A DNA stretch of 64,000 nucleotides from an uncultured Clostridia bacterium (lineage in GTDB: Bacteria > Bacillota > Clostridia > Christensenellales > UBA1242): the NCBI GenBank assembly GCA_949949035.1, contig CATLHJ010000001.1, positions 6,116 to 70,115 of the forward strand. Direction: 5' to 3'. The notes beneath the pieces are model-generated. The model saw only the letters and a list, made by a program, of their open reading frames with translations. It ran no database searches and was not told where the DNA came from. Of the stretch, positions 42,666 through 52,134 are shown piece by piece. The position numbers were made by a program, and so were the translations under genes. The first letter of the stretch is position 1. Every line of letters starts with the position of its first letter.

Positions 42666-43785
42666 GTTGTAACGGGAACGGGCAGGGTAACGCCACCACG
42701 CTTTCGGGAACGTTAGCGACGTCCGCCGTCCAGACAAAAGTCTGCCCGTCATAGGCGTGGGGCGATAAAATTTCCAAAGTATCGCCGGGGCAGATTTTAT
42801 TTTTGATAATCAGTTCGGTCGGCGACTTAACTAAACCGACAAAAGCGTAGGTGGGTAAGGACGCGGCACGGTCGGTGTACTGTTTACTGCTACCATCGTC
42901 AAAGGTGAAACCGGTAGTGTAGGGGCGGTGCGGTAACTTTAACAATTCGCGATGATAATCTTTGGCCACGCCGTCTAGCGCTTGGCGGTAGGCATGAACT
43001 ACCCCCGCCACGTAATATTCACTTTTCATGCGTCCTTCAATCTTCAGGCTGGTGACTCCCGCAGCGATTAACTCGGGCAGGTGGTCGATTAAGCACAAGT
43101 CGCGGCTGTTCATCAAGTAGGTACCATGTTGGTCTTCGGCAAGTGAGTACGCTTCGTTGGGACGGGTGACTTCGTGCAAAACATATTGATAGCGACACGG
43201 TTGGGCACAGTCACCGCGGTTGGCGTCGCGTCCCGTCAGGTGGTTGGAAAGCAAACAACGGCCACTGTAGGCCATGCACATCGCCCCGTGCACAAACACT
43301 TCAACTTCGGCTTGACCGCGCAGAGCGGTAGCAATTGTTTTAATGGCTTTGATGTCTAACTCACGCGCCAAAATAACCCGACTGGCTCCTTGTTTGACGT
43401 AGGCGAGCGCGGTACGGGCGTTGGTAATATTGGCTTGGGTGGAAACGTGAATGGGCAGGTGGGTGTATTCGCGGAAAATTTGGATGACGCCTAAATCGGC
43501 GACAATCACCGCGTCCACCCCAATTTGGTCCAGTTGTTGGGCGTACGTGGTTAAGCGCTTGAAATCATGGTCACGGGCAAATATGTTAACCGTGACGTAC
43601 ACTTTTTTGCCTTGGTCATGCGCCAGTTGTACTACTCGCCGCATTTCAGCGAGCGTGAAATTAACCGCTCGGGCTCGTAAACTGAAATCCTTGCCCGCCA
43701 AATAAATCGCGTCGGCGCCGTAATTAAAGGCGGTTAGGGCTCGCTGGTAATCGCCGGCGGGGGCCAACAATTCAACTTTGTTCAT
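42625..43785 (-). CDS. peptidase U32 family protein
   Basis: 386 aa from ATG 43785 (MNKVELLAPAGDYQRALTAFNYGADAIYLAG). U32 hallmarks are present: the ELLAPAG start, the EVEVFVHGAMCMAYSGRCLLS block and the DANRGDCAQPCR motif. Confidence 0.88.
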   Translation of the reverse strand: MNKVELLAPAGDYQRALTAFNYGADAIYLAGKDFSLRARAVNFTLAEMRRVVQLAHDQGKKVYVTVNIFARDHDFKRLTTYAQQLDQIGVDAVIVADLGVIQIFREYTHLPIHVSTQANITNARTALAYVKQGASRVILARELDIKAIKTIATALRGQAEVEVFVHGAMCMAYSGRCLLSNHLTGRDANRGDCAQPCRYQYVLHEVTRPNEAYSLAEDQHGTYLMNSRDLCLIDHLPELIAAGVTSLKIEGRMKSEYYVAGVVHAYRQALDGVAKDYHRELLKLPHRPYTTGFTFDDGSSKQYTDRAASLPTYAFVGLVKSPTELIIKNKICPGDTLEILSPHAYDGQTFVWTADVANVPESVVALPCPFPLQPNDILRKPLPAAQ

Positions 43786-43791
43786 CGGTTT

Positions 43792-43820
43792 AGTATACCG
43801 CACGCGTGGGGTGTTCGTCA
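43792..43820 (-). promoter_or_regulatory. putative U32 gene promoter, leaderless geometry
   Basis: Minus strand: TGACGA (43820..43815), 17 nt, TATACT (43797..43792), 6 nt, ATG 43785. Confidence 0.4.
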
Positions 43821-43827
43821 CTATCTT

Positions 43828-43856
43828 TTGCCGGTTTAGTGGTGGTATGTTATACT
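43828..43856 (+). promoter_or_regulatory. putative addBA promoter with extended -10, leaderless geometry
   Basis: TTGCCG (43828-43833), 17 nt counted to TATACT, TGtTATACT (43848-43856), 6 nt, GTG 43863. Confidence 0.5.
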
Positions 43857-43862
43857 GGGACA

Positions 43863-46397
43863 GTGAACGTAACGGTACAAAAGGGCACTAACTTCGTACA
43901 AACCAACGCGGCGGTACTGCGGCAGGCGGCAACTAAAACTGATTTGTCGCCGGTGTTGGTTTTGGTTCCCGACCGTTTTACGCTACAAGCCGAACAAATC
44001 ATGTTGCAATACCAGCCACAGTTATTGAATACGCGGGTTATTACTTTCTCAATGTTGTACCAAATTGTGGCGGAAGAATTGCACCACGGAGCACCGAGTG
44101 AACCAATCCTCGATAAAACGGCCGCAGTTTTGCATTTGTGGACGGCAATCAAACAGGTGCAAGGCGAACTGCAATGGTTCAAAAAAAGTGTTAACCATTA
44201 CGACTTTGCTGCCAAAATGTACAATACCTTAAACCAAATGCGGAGTTCGTGTGTTGATTTCGCCGCTTTGGCCGGTCAAGCCCAAACCGTAGTGGCTCGT
44301 AAAAAATACCACGATATTAACTTAATTTACCAACAGTATCGGCGTAATTTGGTCGAGCGTACGGATTCGTCAGGCATGTTGGAATACTTAATAGCCCACG
44401 TGCGCGAAAGTGCAGTTTTGAAAACTACTGCCGTCTACGTGTGTGGTTTTGCCAGTTTGTCGCCTGCTCGTTGTCAGGTGCTGAACGCGTTGTGTCACGT
44501 TGCCCACAGCGTCACCATTGCCGCCAGTGAAGCCGAACTGTTGCAACAGGTGGCCAAGTACCCACATCAATCTTTGACCACGACTCCTTTTAGCCCCCAA
44601 ATTTACACCGCCCGCACGCTGACCGAACGCGGGGAGGCGGAAGTCGTGGCCCAAAAAGTGGTGGCTTTATTGCAACAAGGCGTGGCACCGCAAGACATCG
44701 TGATTTTGTTAACCGAGTTTGAGACTTTGGCTCCCGTGTGGGCGGTGGTTAGCGAAAAGTACCAATTACCCGTTAATTTGGACGTGGGGCAAAAATTAAG
44801 TGCTACTGCTGACGCCAAATACCTGCGGGATTTATTGGAATTGGTAGCGAATGATAGTGCCGAAAATACGCTGGCGGTTATGTATAATCAAGCCAGTGGT
44901 TTAACTGCTGAATTGCCCGAACTGGAAAATAAAATCTTGCGCTATAACTTGCGGGCGCGCTACGTCCCCGAAGTTAAAAAATTAACCGCCACTAAAGACT
45001 GGGTGGCTTTGTGCCAAGAGTTGTCCACCTTTACCACGAACGAAAAATTGCAAGACCTGTTGGTCCGCATGGCGGGGTACCCTAATTTACCGGGGTTATC
45101 GTTGCGAGAAGTAATTACGCTGTTCTGGTCGTTATGTACGGCGACCAAGGTGTCGAATATCCCACAATACGTGAACCGAATTTTAATTGCCCCCGTTAAT
45201 GACTGGGTGCCCAGTCAAGTACGATACCTGTTTATTGCGAACTGTACCGCGGAGAACTTTCCCCAAGGACAGGCCGATGACGATATTTTGCAAGCCGCCG
45301 ATTTAGCCGGAACTGCCATTACTCCGACGCCGAAATTGCAACGTGAACGTAATTACCGCCACGCTCAATTACTAACCACGGTGGCGACCGATGGGGTAAT
45401 GCTATCGGGCACGTGCGAAGACTTTCAGCCGGCTACCGAACCCGCCGCTACCGCGTTAACGTTGGTCACCGATCCACAGCCGATTACGGTAGGCGCAACG
45501 TTATTTATGCCAGAGCGACGGGTTAAAACCACCATGGTAGAAAAATTTTACAGTTGTCCGCATTTGAATTTTCTGGAAAATGGCTTGCGCTTGCGACCAC
45601 GGGAACTTTACGAATTGCGTCCCAATCAGATCGGTTCAGCAATTCATAAGGCGTTAGAACTCTACTTTGGTGGCCAGACAGTTGAGCGGGCGATTGCCGC
45701 TGGGATTAAGGAATTAGCGTACGACAGTCCGCCACTGGTAGCCAGTTTAACCAAGGAAATGCGGTTTATCATTGATAATTTGTCAACGGCCTTTGCCGAT
45801 GGTCAGTTCCGCGTAGCGGCTTTAGAAAAAAAGATTACTGTACCGTTAGCGACGGGGTACACTTTGGTCGGTCGTGTTGACCGCGTAGACGTTGCCCCGA
45901 CCGCGGACGGGGGTAAGGCGGTGTTGGTGTTGGATTACAAAACGGGTAACCCACCGGGTAGTATTGCAAAAAGCATTTATCTAGGTCATAAATTACAATT
46001 ACCGCTTTACGCGGGAGCGTTACGGTCAATGGGCAACATTGCGGGCGCCGGTTATTTGCCGTTGGTCGGCGGGTATGCCCAAGCGGCTAAAAATCCCATG
46101 ATCAAGGGTTTTATTGCCCAAGATTACGTGGACTTGTTTGCACCACGGGTGCTGAATTTACAAGCCCGGCAATACGTTGACGCCACTACTATTGACCGTT
46201 TGTGCCAGCACGCCCGTAACTTGGTTGATCAAGCCGTTACGCGGTTATTGGCGGGAGAAGTGCAGGCTAATCCGGTTGACGAAAATGTTTGTACCTATTG
46301 TCCTGTGCGTTGGTTATGTACGCACGCGGGTAATCATTGCCGTGGCGAAGGAGTTAAGGTAACCTTCAAAGACTTTAACGGAGGTGAACATGCTTAA
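43863..46397 (+). CDS. addB: helicase-nuclease complex subunit AddB (RexB)
   Basis: About 844 aa from GTG 43863. It has the VLVLVPDRFTLQAEQ block and a C-terminal RecB-type nuclease (VLVLDYKTG). The Fe-S cluster cysteines are present (FYSCPHL ... CTYCPVRWLC). It is directly followed by addA. Confidence 0.85.
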   Translation: MNVTVQKGTNFVQTNAAVLRQAATKTDLSPVLVLVPDRFTLQAEQIMLQYQPQLLNTRVITFSMLYQIVAEELHHGAPSEPILDKTAAVLHLWTAIKQVQGELQWFKKSVNHYDFAAKMYNTLNQMRSSCVDFAALAGQAQTVVARKKYHDINLIYQQYRRNLVERTDSSGMLEYLIAHVRESAVLKTTAVYVCGFASLSPARCQVLNALCHVAHSVTIAASEAELLQQVAKYPHQSLTTTPFSPQIYTARTLTERGEAEVVAQKVVALLQQGVAPQDIVILLTEFETLAPVWAVVSEKYQLPVNLDVGQKLSATADAKYLRDLLELVANDSAENTLAVMYNQASGLTAELPELENKILRYNLRARYVPEVKKLTATKDWVALCQELSTFTTNEKLQDLLVRMAGYPNLPGLSLREVITLFWSLCTATKVSNIPQYVNRILIAPVNDWVPSQVRYLFIANCTAENFPQGQADDDILQAADLAGTAITPTPKLQRERNYRHAQLLTTVATDGVMLSGTCEDFQPATEPAATALTLVTDPQPITVGATLFMPERRVKTTMVEKFYSCPHLNFLENGLRLRPRELYELRPNQIGSAIHKALELYFGGQTVERAIAAGIKELAYDSPPLVASLTKEMRFIIDNLSTAFADGQFRVAALEKKITVPLATGYTLVGRVDRVDVAPTADGGKAVLVLDYKTGNPPGSIAKSIYLGHKLQLPLYAGALRSMGNIAGAGYLPLVGGYAQAAKNPMIKGFIAQDYVDLFAPRVLNLQARQYVDATTIDRLCQHARNLVDQAVTRLLAGEVQANPVDENVCTYCPVRWLCTHAGNHCRGEGVKVTFKDFNGGEHA

Positions 46398-49254
46398 ACA
46401 ACCAACTGCCGCCCAAAGTGCGGCGATTAACGCGGACGACCAAAAAATCGCCATTTCGGCCAGTGCCGGCAGTGGTAAAACCACAACAATGATTGAACGC
46501 ATCGCCCGTATTTTGCAGATGAAAGACGAACACGGACAACCGCGCACTACCATTGACCAGTTACTGGTGTTAACTTTTACCGAAGAGTCCGCCAAGGATA
46601 TGCGAAAGAAATTAAAAAAGCAACTGGGCGACCAATTATCGCCGGTGGCATTGCAAGCGGCAACGATTGGCACCTTTCACAGTTTTTGTGCTAATATTGT
46701 ACGGGCTTGGTTTACGGTAGCGGGGGTTAACCCCAGTTTTACGGTCATGGACGAAATGGCCAGTAACCAATTAAAAGCCCAAATTTTTGAGAAAGTTGTC
46801 TTGGATAATTACGGGGCCGCCACCGCGGCGATTGATTGGTTTGCCGCCACCCGCACCTTGCAGGGGTTACAGGACGTAATTTGCCAAATTAACGAATTTT
46901 TGAATACGCGGGCGGATGCTACGGCGTGGTTAAAAGATACGGCCTTGCGCTGCTACGAGCCGGATTTAGACCGCAACCCCGCGGTGCAAGCCTTGATTGA
47001 CCATTACCACCAACTGACCACCCGTTACCGGTCGGCCATCATTGACTTGGCTCATCCATCGCCCGAAGTTGATTTAGTGTTGGCGGCCTGCGAGCAGGTT
47101 TTATCGGCCAAGACTTACGTCGCTTTACACCGGTTGACCGGTTTGGCGTTACCCAAATTAAAGAAGGTAAGCGAGTGGTTAGACGACGATTACGCCCAGT
47201 TTAAGACGTTACGCAGTGGTTTCAGCGATGATGTGCTGAAAGCGATTGCCCAACAGTTTACCGCTACCACCAATCAAATTCAAGCCGCTTTGGTGGCCGA
47301 CCGACGGATCGTCGAACAACTGTTGTTTTTGGCGCAACAATTTGATGTGGCGTACAGTGCCAAGAAGGCCGAATTTAAGCAGTTAGACTTTGCTGATTTA
47401 GAAAAATACGCGTTAAAAGTTTTGGCGAATCCCGACGCGGTGGCGGGGATTCGCGGTCAGTTCAAATACATTTTTGTGGACGAAGGGCAGGATACCAATC
47501 CGGTACAATTCAAAATTATTGATTTGTTGCGGGGGGACGATAAGTTCTTTTACATCGTTGGTGACGTCAAGCAAAGCATTTATGGTTTTCGCGATTGTGA
47601 ACCGGAATTGTTCGCCAAGATGACCACGGAAGCGTCCATCAAGGCCTTGCACTTTAACCAAAATTTCCGCAGTAACGACCAAATTTTACGCTTTGTTAAT
47701 GACGTATTTACGCCGTTAATTCCTAATTACCAAAGTGAACACGCGTTCGTATTGGCGGAACAACGGGCGCATTTATCCACCGACGCCAGTGCGGTAACCA
47801 TCGAATTGGCACCAGATTTGAACGCCCAAATGGAATTGGTTTACCAACAGATTATTAACGCCCACCGTCCGTGGGGGGACATCGCGATTTTGTCGGAAAC
47901 CACACGCCATTTTACGGCGTTGCAAAAGTACTTGGCGGAACGGGGCGTCCCCAGTGTTATTGACCGCGCCAGTAATGCGGCCGAAGAACCCGCAGTGGTC
48001 TTATTAAATAATTTTTTGTTGGCGGCGATGAACCCCAGTAATGAGTTGCCTTATTATTTGACCCTGCAATACTTGTTCCATTGTAGTAATGACGACTTGG
48101 CGTTAATTCGGTTAGGTAAAAAAACAGTGCCAGCCATCGATGCCAAGTTGGCCGAATACCGAACTTGGGGGCGTACTTTGTCGACCTACGAAGTGATGAC
48201 GATGGCCGCGACCGAATTTAATTTATTGAATATTCCTGCGGTAACTGCTTTCTTATCCGCTATTCGGGGTGTTAGTGATTTTGATACGGTTGCCCGCTAT
48301 TTGTACTTGGTGGAACACCAGTTGGTTACCATTAACCTAAACGTTGGGGCGAACGTCACCGACGCAGTTAAAATTATGACCATTCATCACGCCAAAGGAT
48401 TAGAGTTCCCGATGGTTATCTTGTTCAACATGGGAGCATTATGGTCGCAACACCACGACGATACTAAAATTGCGTTAGACAAAAATTTAGGCTTGTGCGT
48501 GGTTTCGGTCGATACCGCCACGTACACCCAAAAAAGCCAAGTGCTACGTCTCGGTATTAAAAAACAACAACAAGCCATACAACTGACGGAAAAACAACGG
48601 TTGTTATACGTCGCATTGACCCGTCCCAAGGAATACCTGTACATTGTGGGTAGTTGGCAACCGAAAGTCTTCCGCTTACAACCAAATTGTATGTTGGACC
48701 TGATTAACCCGACCAACGTGGTGGTGCGGGACGACGTAACGCCATCGCCGGTTAAACCAACCACTGTCCAAACCGTTACTACGGAAAAAATTAAATTGTC
48801 ACCCGTTAAGCCTAGTATGGTTTTGGCTAAACAAAGCGTAACCGCATTGGCCACTAATGCCGAACCATTTGCCGATACCGTGGTGCCAGTTAAAATGGCT
48901 GTGCCGGCAGCAACAACGGGAGGTAAAGAATTTGGTACCGCGTTCCACAAGCAGGTGCAATACGGGGAACTGCCAGCGGCGGTGGCGGAGTTGGTGGCGG
49001 GGTATACCGTCTACCGCGAAATGCCGTTTCTGTACCGCCAAGACCAAACCATCGTGCAGGGGATTATGGACTTGGTAGCGGTTAAAGACCACGACGCCAT
49101 CATTGTCGATTACAAAACTACGCGGTTACCCGTTGACGCGTTGGTCACTAAGTACCGCGCGCAATTACAACTGTACGCCGCGGCGTTACCGCAATACCAA
49201 GTTAAAATGTACCTTTATTCTACTGTACACCAACGCTTAATTGTCGTATCATAG
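46390..49254 (+). CDS. addA: ATP-dependent helicase/nuclease subunit AddA
   Basis: 954 aa from ATG 46390; SD GGAGG ends 6 nt upstream. It has the UvrD-type Walker A ISASAGSGKTTT and the motifs YIFVDEGQDTNP and TIHHAKGLEF. A C-terminal nuclease is present (IMDLVAV ... IIVDYKT). Confidence 0.9.
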   Translation: MLKQPTAAQSAAINADDQKIAISASAGSGKTTTMIERIARILQMKDEHGQPRTTIDQLLVLTFTEESAKDMRKKLKKQLGDQLSPVALQAATIGTFHSFCANIVRAWFTVAGVNPSFTVMDEMASNQLKAQIFEKVVLDNYGAATAAIDWFAATRTLQGLQDVICQINEFLNTRADATAWLKDTALRCYEPDLDRNPAVQALIDHYHQLTTRYRSAIIDLAHPSPEVDLVLAACEQVLSAKTYVALHRLTGLALPKLKKVSEWLDDDYAQFKTLRSGFSDDVLKAIAQQFTATTNQIQAALVADRRIVEQLLFLAQQFDVAYSAKKAEFKQLDFADLEKYALKVLANPDAVAGIRGQFKYIFVDEGQDTNPVQFKIIDLLRGDDKFFYIVGDVKQSIYGFRDCEPELFAKMTTEASIKALHFNQNFRSNDQILRFVNDVFTPLIPNYQSEHAFVLAEQRAHLSTDASAVTIELAPDLNAQMELVYQQIINAHRPWGDIAILSETTRHFTALQKYLAERGVPSVIDRASNAAEEPAVVLLNNFLLAAMNPSNELPYYLTLQYLFHCSNDDLALIRLGKKTVPAIDAKLAEYRTWGRTLSTYEVMTMAATEFNLLNIPAVTAFLSAIRGVSDFDTVARYLYLVEHQLVTINLNVGANVTDAVKIMTIHHAKGLEFPMVILFNMGALWSQHHDDTKIALDKNLGLCVVSVDTATYTQKSQVLRLGIKKQQQAIQLTEKQRLLYVALTRPKEYLYIVGSWQPKVFRLQPNCMLDLINPTNVVVRDDVTPSPVKPTTVQTVTTEKIKLSPVKPSMVLAKQSVTALATNAEPFADTVVPVKMAVPAATTGGKEFGTAFHKQVQYGELPAAVAELVAGYTVYREMPFLYRQDQTIVQGIMDLVAVKDHDAIIVDYKTTRLPVDALVTKYRAQLQLYAAALPQYQVKMYLYSTVHQRLIVVS

Positions 49255-49257
49255 AGT

Positions 49258-49713
49258 ATGGCGGCTAAAAAATTTCGGATGTCAAACAAAGCCATTGTGC
49301 TGATAAAATTGATTTCGGCACTGGGTTTGTTCTTTTCGTGTTGCTTATTCTTTTTTTTGAATTTGGGTATTTTTAAGCGTGATCTAGGTTTTGATCCGGA
49401 TTATCCGCTAGGGTCGGCCGCTAACCCGTGGTACAACCTAGCCTTTTTGATTGTGTTTTTATTGGCGTTATGTTTTATTGTTTATTACATTACTAATTTG
49501 GTAATTCGTTTTGAAACCAAGCAGTTGTGGAAAGCCGACCGCTTGTTTATTGTGTACCAGATTGTCTTTACCGCTTTGTTAATTATTACCATTTGGCGTT
49601 GGTTCTTTATCAGTATTTCTAATGCGATGGTACCCAGTGTCATTATGATTTTGGCGGGCTTTATCAATTTAATTACGCCGCGGATTGTGGATAACAATAA
49701 TCGTGATTTTTAA
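49258..49713 (+). CDS. hypothetical four-TM membrane protein
   Basis: 151 aa with four hydrophobic helices. It starts 3 nt after the addA stop. No recognisable family. Confidence 0.45.
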   Translation: MAAKKFRMSNKAIVLIKLISALGLFFSCCLFFFLNLGIFKRDLGFDPDYPLGSAANPWYNLAFLIVFLLALCFIVYYITNLVIRFETKQLWKADRLFIVYQIVFTALLIITIWRWFFISISNAMVPSVIMILAGFINLITPRIVDNNNRDF

Positions 49714-50107
49714 GCAAGTCGTCAAGTGTGTGTTCGCCGTTAACCTTAGTGTTGGCACGTAAGTCTTGGTAATTATACAGGTCGTGTAAAATTGCCAAAT
49801 CGGGTTCGCCGACAAAGTCGATGGTGGTGCAGTGGGCTAACGAAACATTACTCAATATTTCGCGAATGTCGGTACCGTCAAAAGTTACGGTTTCGTATTC
49901 AATAGTGGTACCACCGGGGTTGGGTTTTAGTTGTTCGGCGGTCAGGTGTAGTGTGTCACCGACTTCAATGGTTAACGCGGTGATGACTTGTGTGTTACGC
50001 ACTTGCAGATCACGAGAAATAATATTGGGCAATAATAGCACCACCAAAACCAAGATTAACACCAAGGTCTTTTTACCCCACAAATAACGGAGTGTGCGTT
50101 TAATCAT
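49673..50107 (-). CDS. small GerAC-like (germinant receptor C subunit N-terminal-domain-like) protein
   Basis: 144 aa with an N-terminal TM/signal (TLVLILVLVVLLLPNII) but no lipobox Cys. The segment DLQVRNTQVITALTIEVGD resembles the start of GerAC proteins. ATGA overlap with the upstream permease gene. Confidence 0.4.
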   Translation of the reverse strand: MIKRTLRYLWGKKTLVLILVLVVLLLPNIISRDLQVRNTQVITALTIEVGDTLHLTAEQLKPNPGGTTIEYETVTFDGTDIREILSNVSLAHCTTIDFVGEPDLAILHDLYNYQDLRANTKVNGEHTLDDLLKNHDYCYPQSAA

Positions 50108-50970
50108 TTACGGTTAAGCCCCCTTTTAAGTAAAGTGACCATGGCCACCAGTTGCACGCCAAAACGCAAAATCAGCACCGATAATACGGCAATGGTGATC
50201 AGCCAATCTAAACTGCCCGTGGTGGTGAGAAACTGCGCGGCGGAAGTTAAGTCGATCACTCCCATTGGTTTATGTACCGTCATGGAGCCAAACAAAATAA
50301 TCAATAAAGTAACCAACGCTACGTAGCCTAAACCACACAGCAGGGCGGTTAAATTGATTTTACCTAGTTCGCGGTTGGACTTTTTGGTCTCGGAACCGAA
50401 CACCAACACGAAACTGGCCGATTCAAAGAATAGTAAGTGTCCCCCTGTAGTGCTAAAAACCGACCGCCAATCGCCTTGTACCAGTTGTGCCCAAGCCACG
50501 TGTAAATTGTACAGCGTGGGTACGATGGCAATGACCAAACCTAACGCGAATAGAATCCAGACAATTTCGCCCGCGCGAAAGACGGCACGTGGTTGGCGCG
50601 TGACAAAGAAAAAGCCCAATAGTAACAAAGTAATAACGAAAATAACCAAACTTAAATTGGTAAACAAGTCGGTGTACGCCAAATGGTAAATTTGCAGGCA
50701 GTTGATCCACAATTCGGCGCCGATACACGGAATCAGTAGCAAACACAGTACGCGGAAAAAGAGTTGATGGGGATTGGCACGGCGTAAAATTAAGGTGGCC
50801 AAGGCGACCGTCGCCACTTCAAACACCACCCCGAGCAGGGCACTTAACCACGCCCAACCGCCGGCACCCTGCGCCAAAGCGGCGGGTAAGGTTAAAATTT
50901 TAATACTGGTACTGTACAAAAAGTAACCAATACATAATTGTCGTAAACTGATACTTTGGTGGTTGTTCAT
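50104..50970 (-). CDS. spore germination protein, GerAB-type permease subunit (short)
   Basis: 288 aa polytopic protein. The N-terminus ISLRQLCIGYFLYSTSIKILTLPAALA matches the spore-permease family start. ATGA overlaps on both sides. Confidence 0.7.
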   Translation of the reverse strand: MNNHQSISLRQLCIGYFLYSTSIKILTLPAALAQGAGGWAWLSALLGVVFEVATVALATLILRRANPHQLFFRVLCLLLIPCIGAELWINCLQIYHLAYTDLFTNLSLVIFVITLLLLGFFFVTRQPRAVFRAGEIVWILFALGLVIAIVPTLYNLHVAWAQLVQGDWRSVFSTTGGHLLFFESASFVLVFGSETKKSNRELGKINLTALLCGLGYVALVTLLIILFGSMTVHKPMGVIDLTSAAQFLTTTGSLDWLITIAVLSVLILRFGVQLVAMVTLLKRGLNRK

Positions 50971-52088
50971 TTATCCTCCATGGGTACTTGCCGAATCGGG
51001 TTGCGGTTAGGAATACTTTGCGGGCGCTCTATCATTTCGGGGAAGGGTACCTTATTAATCGCGTCTTTTTGGTCGGAAGCAATGTACGGAGCGAACGGTG
51101 CCAAGTATGGTGAACCATAGTTATCAATGCCGGCGGTGTAAACCAATAACACCATAAAGGCGGCAACTAATCCATAAATGCCCAAGAACCCACCAATCAA
51201 GCAAAACGCGAAACGTAACACACTTAATTGGCTGATCATGTTGGGAATGATGTACATGGTAATCCCCGAAATCGCGACCACCAGCACCGTTGGGGCGGAA
51301 AGTAGACCGACCGAAGCGGCGACTTCGCCAACCACCAACACGGCAATAATACTGGTGGCTGAACCAAGGTGCTTGGGCATAATCAAAGTTGCTTCGTAAA
51401 TAATTTCAAATAAAATCAGGACGACTAACATTTCGACAATTGGCGGGAATAGGTTGTTGTTACTGCTGTTGGCAATTGATGCCAAAGTATTCAAGGGCAT
51501 GATGGGTAAATGGTACAGTGCCACCGCCAAAAAGAAGCCCGGCAGCAACACGGAAATAAATCCGCCAATTAAACGTAAAGCCCGTTTCAAAGTAACTCCT
51601 GTATTGCCCCCGTAGTAGTCGTTACTATTTTGAATGTTTTCTAAAAACAGGTGGGGTACCGCCAAGACCACGGGACTGCCGTCCACCACGACCGCTACGC
51701 GCCCCTCTAACAAGCGTGACGCTACGATGTCGGGTTTTTCTTCCGACGAAGCGGCTTTGTAAAGTGACAGTCGGTTAGGGTTTAGGCACTCACTGATGTA
51801 CGACGCGTCAATAATGCCATCGACCTTAATTTTATCCAGTCGTTCATGGACCTCTTTAACAACGGTGGGATCGGCAATGCTGCTTAAATAAACTACCACC
51901 ACTCGGGTTTGGGTGTATTGACCAATCGTTAGCGACTCACAACGCAAATCTTTGCTTTTGATGCGTTTTTTGATTAGTTGTAAATTTGTGTTGACATCTT
52001 CAACAAAGCCTTCGCGAGGCCCCAACAAAACTTGGCCGGTTGGCGGTTCGGTTAAGCTCCGTTGCGGAGGTGGGGTGGGTTTACTCAT
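50967..52088 (-). CDS. spore germination protein, GerAA-type subunit (short N-terminus)
   Basis: 373 aa with the GerA-family core (GPREGFVEDVNTNLQLIKKRIKS ... RVVVVYLSSIADP ... LLEGRVAVVVDGSPVVLAVP). C-terminal TM helices follow. Confidence 0.8.
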   Translation of the reverse strand: MSKPTPPPQRSLTEPPTGQVLLGPREGFVEDVNTNLQLIKKRIKSKDLRCESLTIGQYTQTRVVVVYLSSIADPTVVKEVHERLDKIKVDGIIDASYISECLNPNRLSLYKAASSEEKPDIVASRLLEGRVAVVVDGSPVVLAVPHLFLENIQNSNDYYGGNTGVTLKRALRLIGGFISVLLPGFFLAVALYHLPIMPLNTLASIANSSNNNLFPPIVEMLVVLILFEIIYEATLIMPKHLGSATSIIAVLVVGEVAASVGLLSAPTVLVVAISGITMYIIPNMISQLSVLRFAFCLIGGFLGIYGLVAAFMVLLVYTAGIDNYGSPYLAPFAPYIASDQKDAINKVPFPEMIERPQSIPNRNPIRQVPMEDK

Positions 52089-52099
52089 ACCGATATAAT

Positions 52100-52128
52100 T
52101 TGCAATTTAGCAAAAATAATTATATACT
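52100..52128 (+). promoter_or_regulatory. putative lysK promoter, leaderless geometry
   Basis: TTGCAA (52100-52105), 17 nt, TATACT (52123-52128), 6 nt, ATG 52135. No SD and no space for a T-box leader. Confidence 0.5.
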
Positions 52129-52134
52129 GGGCTT

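Noticed and set aside
43786-43862. LexA/SOS box upstream of addBA (and near uvrB and recN)
   Set aside because: Only an isolated GTTCG half-site is present. I saw no CGAACnnnnGTTCG-type palindrome in these short upstream regions.
52089-52134. T-box or other riboswitch upstream of lysK, and likewise an M-box before corA or leaders before the other housekeeping genes
   Set aside because: The intergenic regions are 46 and 97 bp and are filled by promoter elements. There is no space for structured leaders of 150-300 nt.
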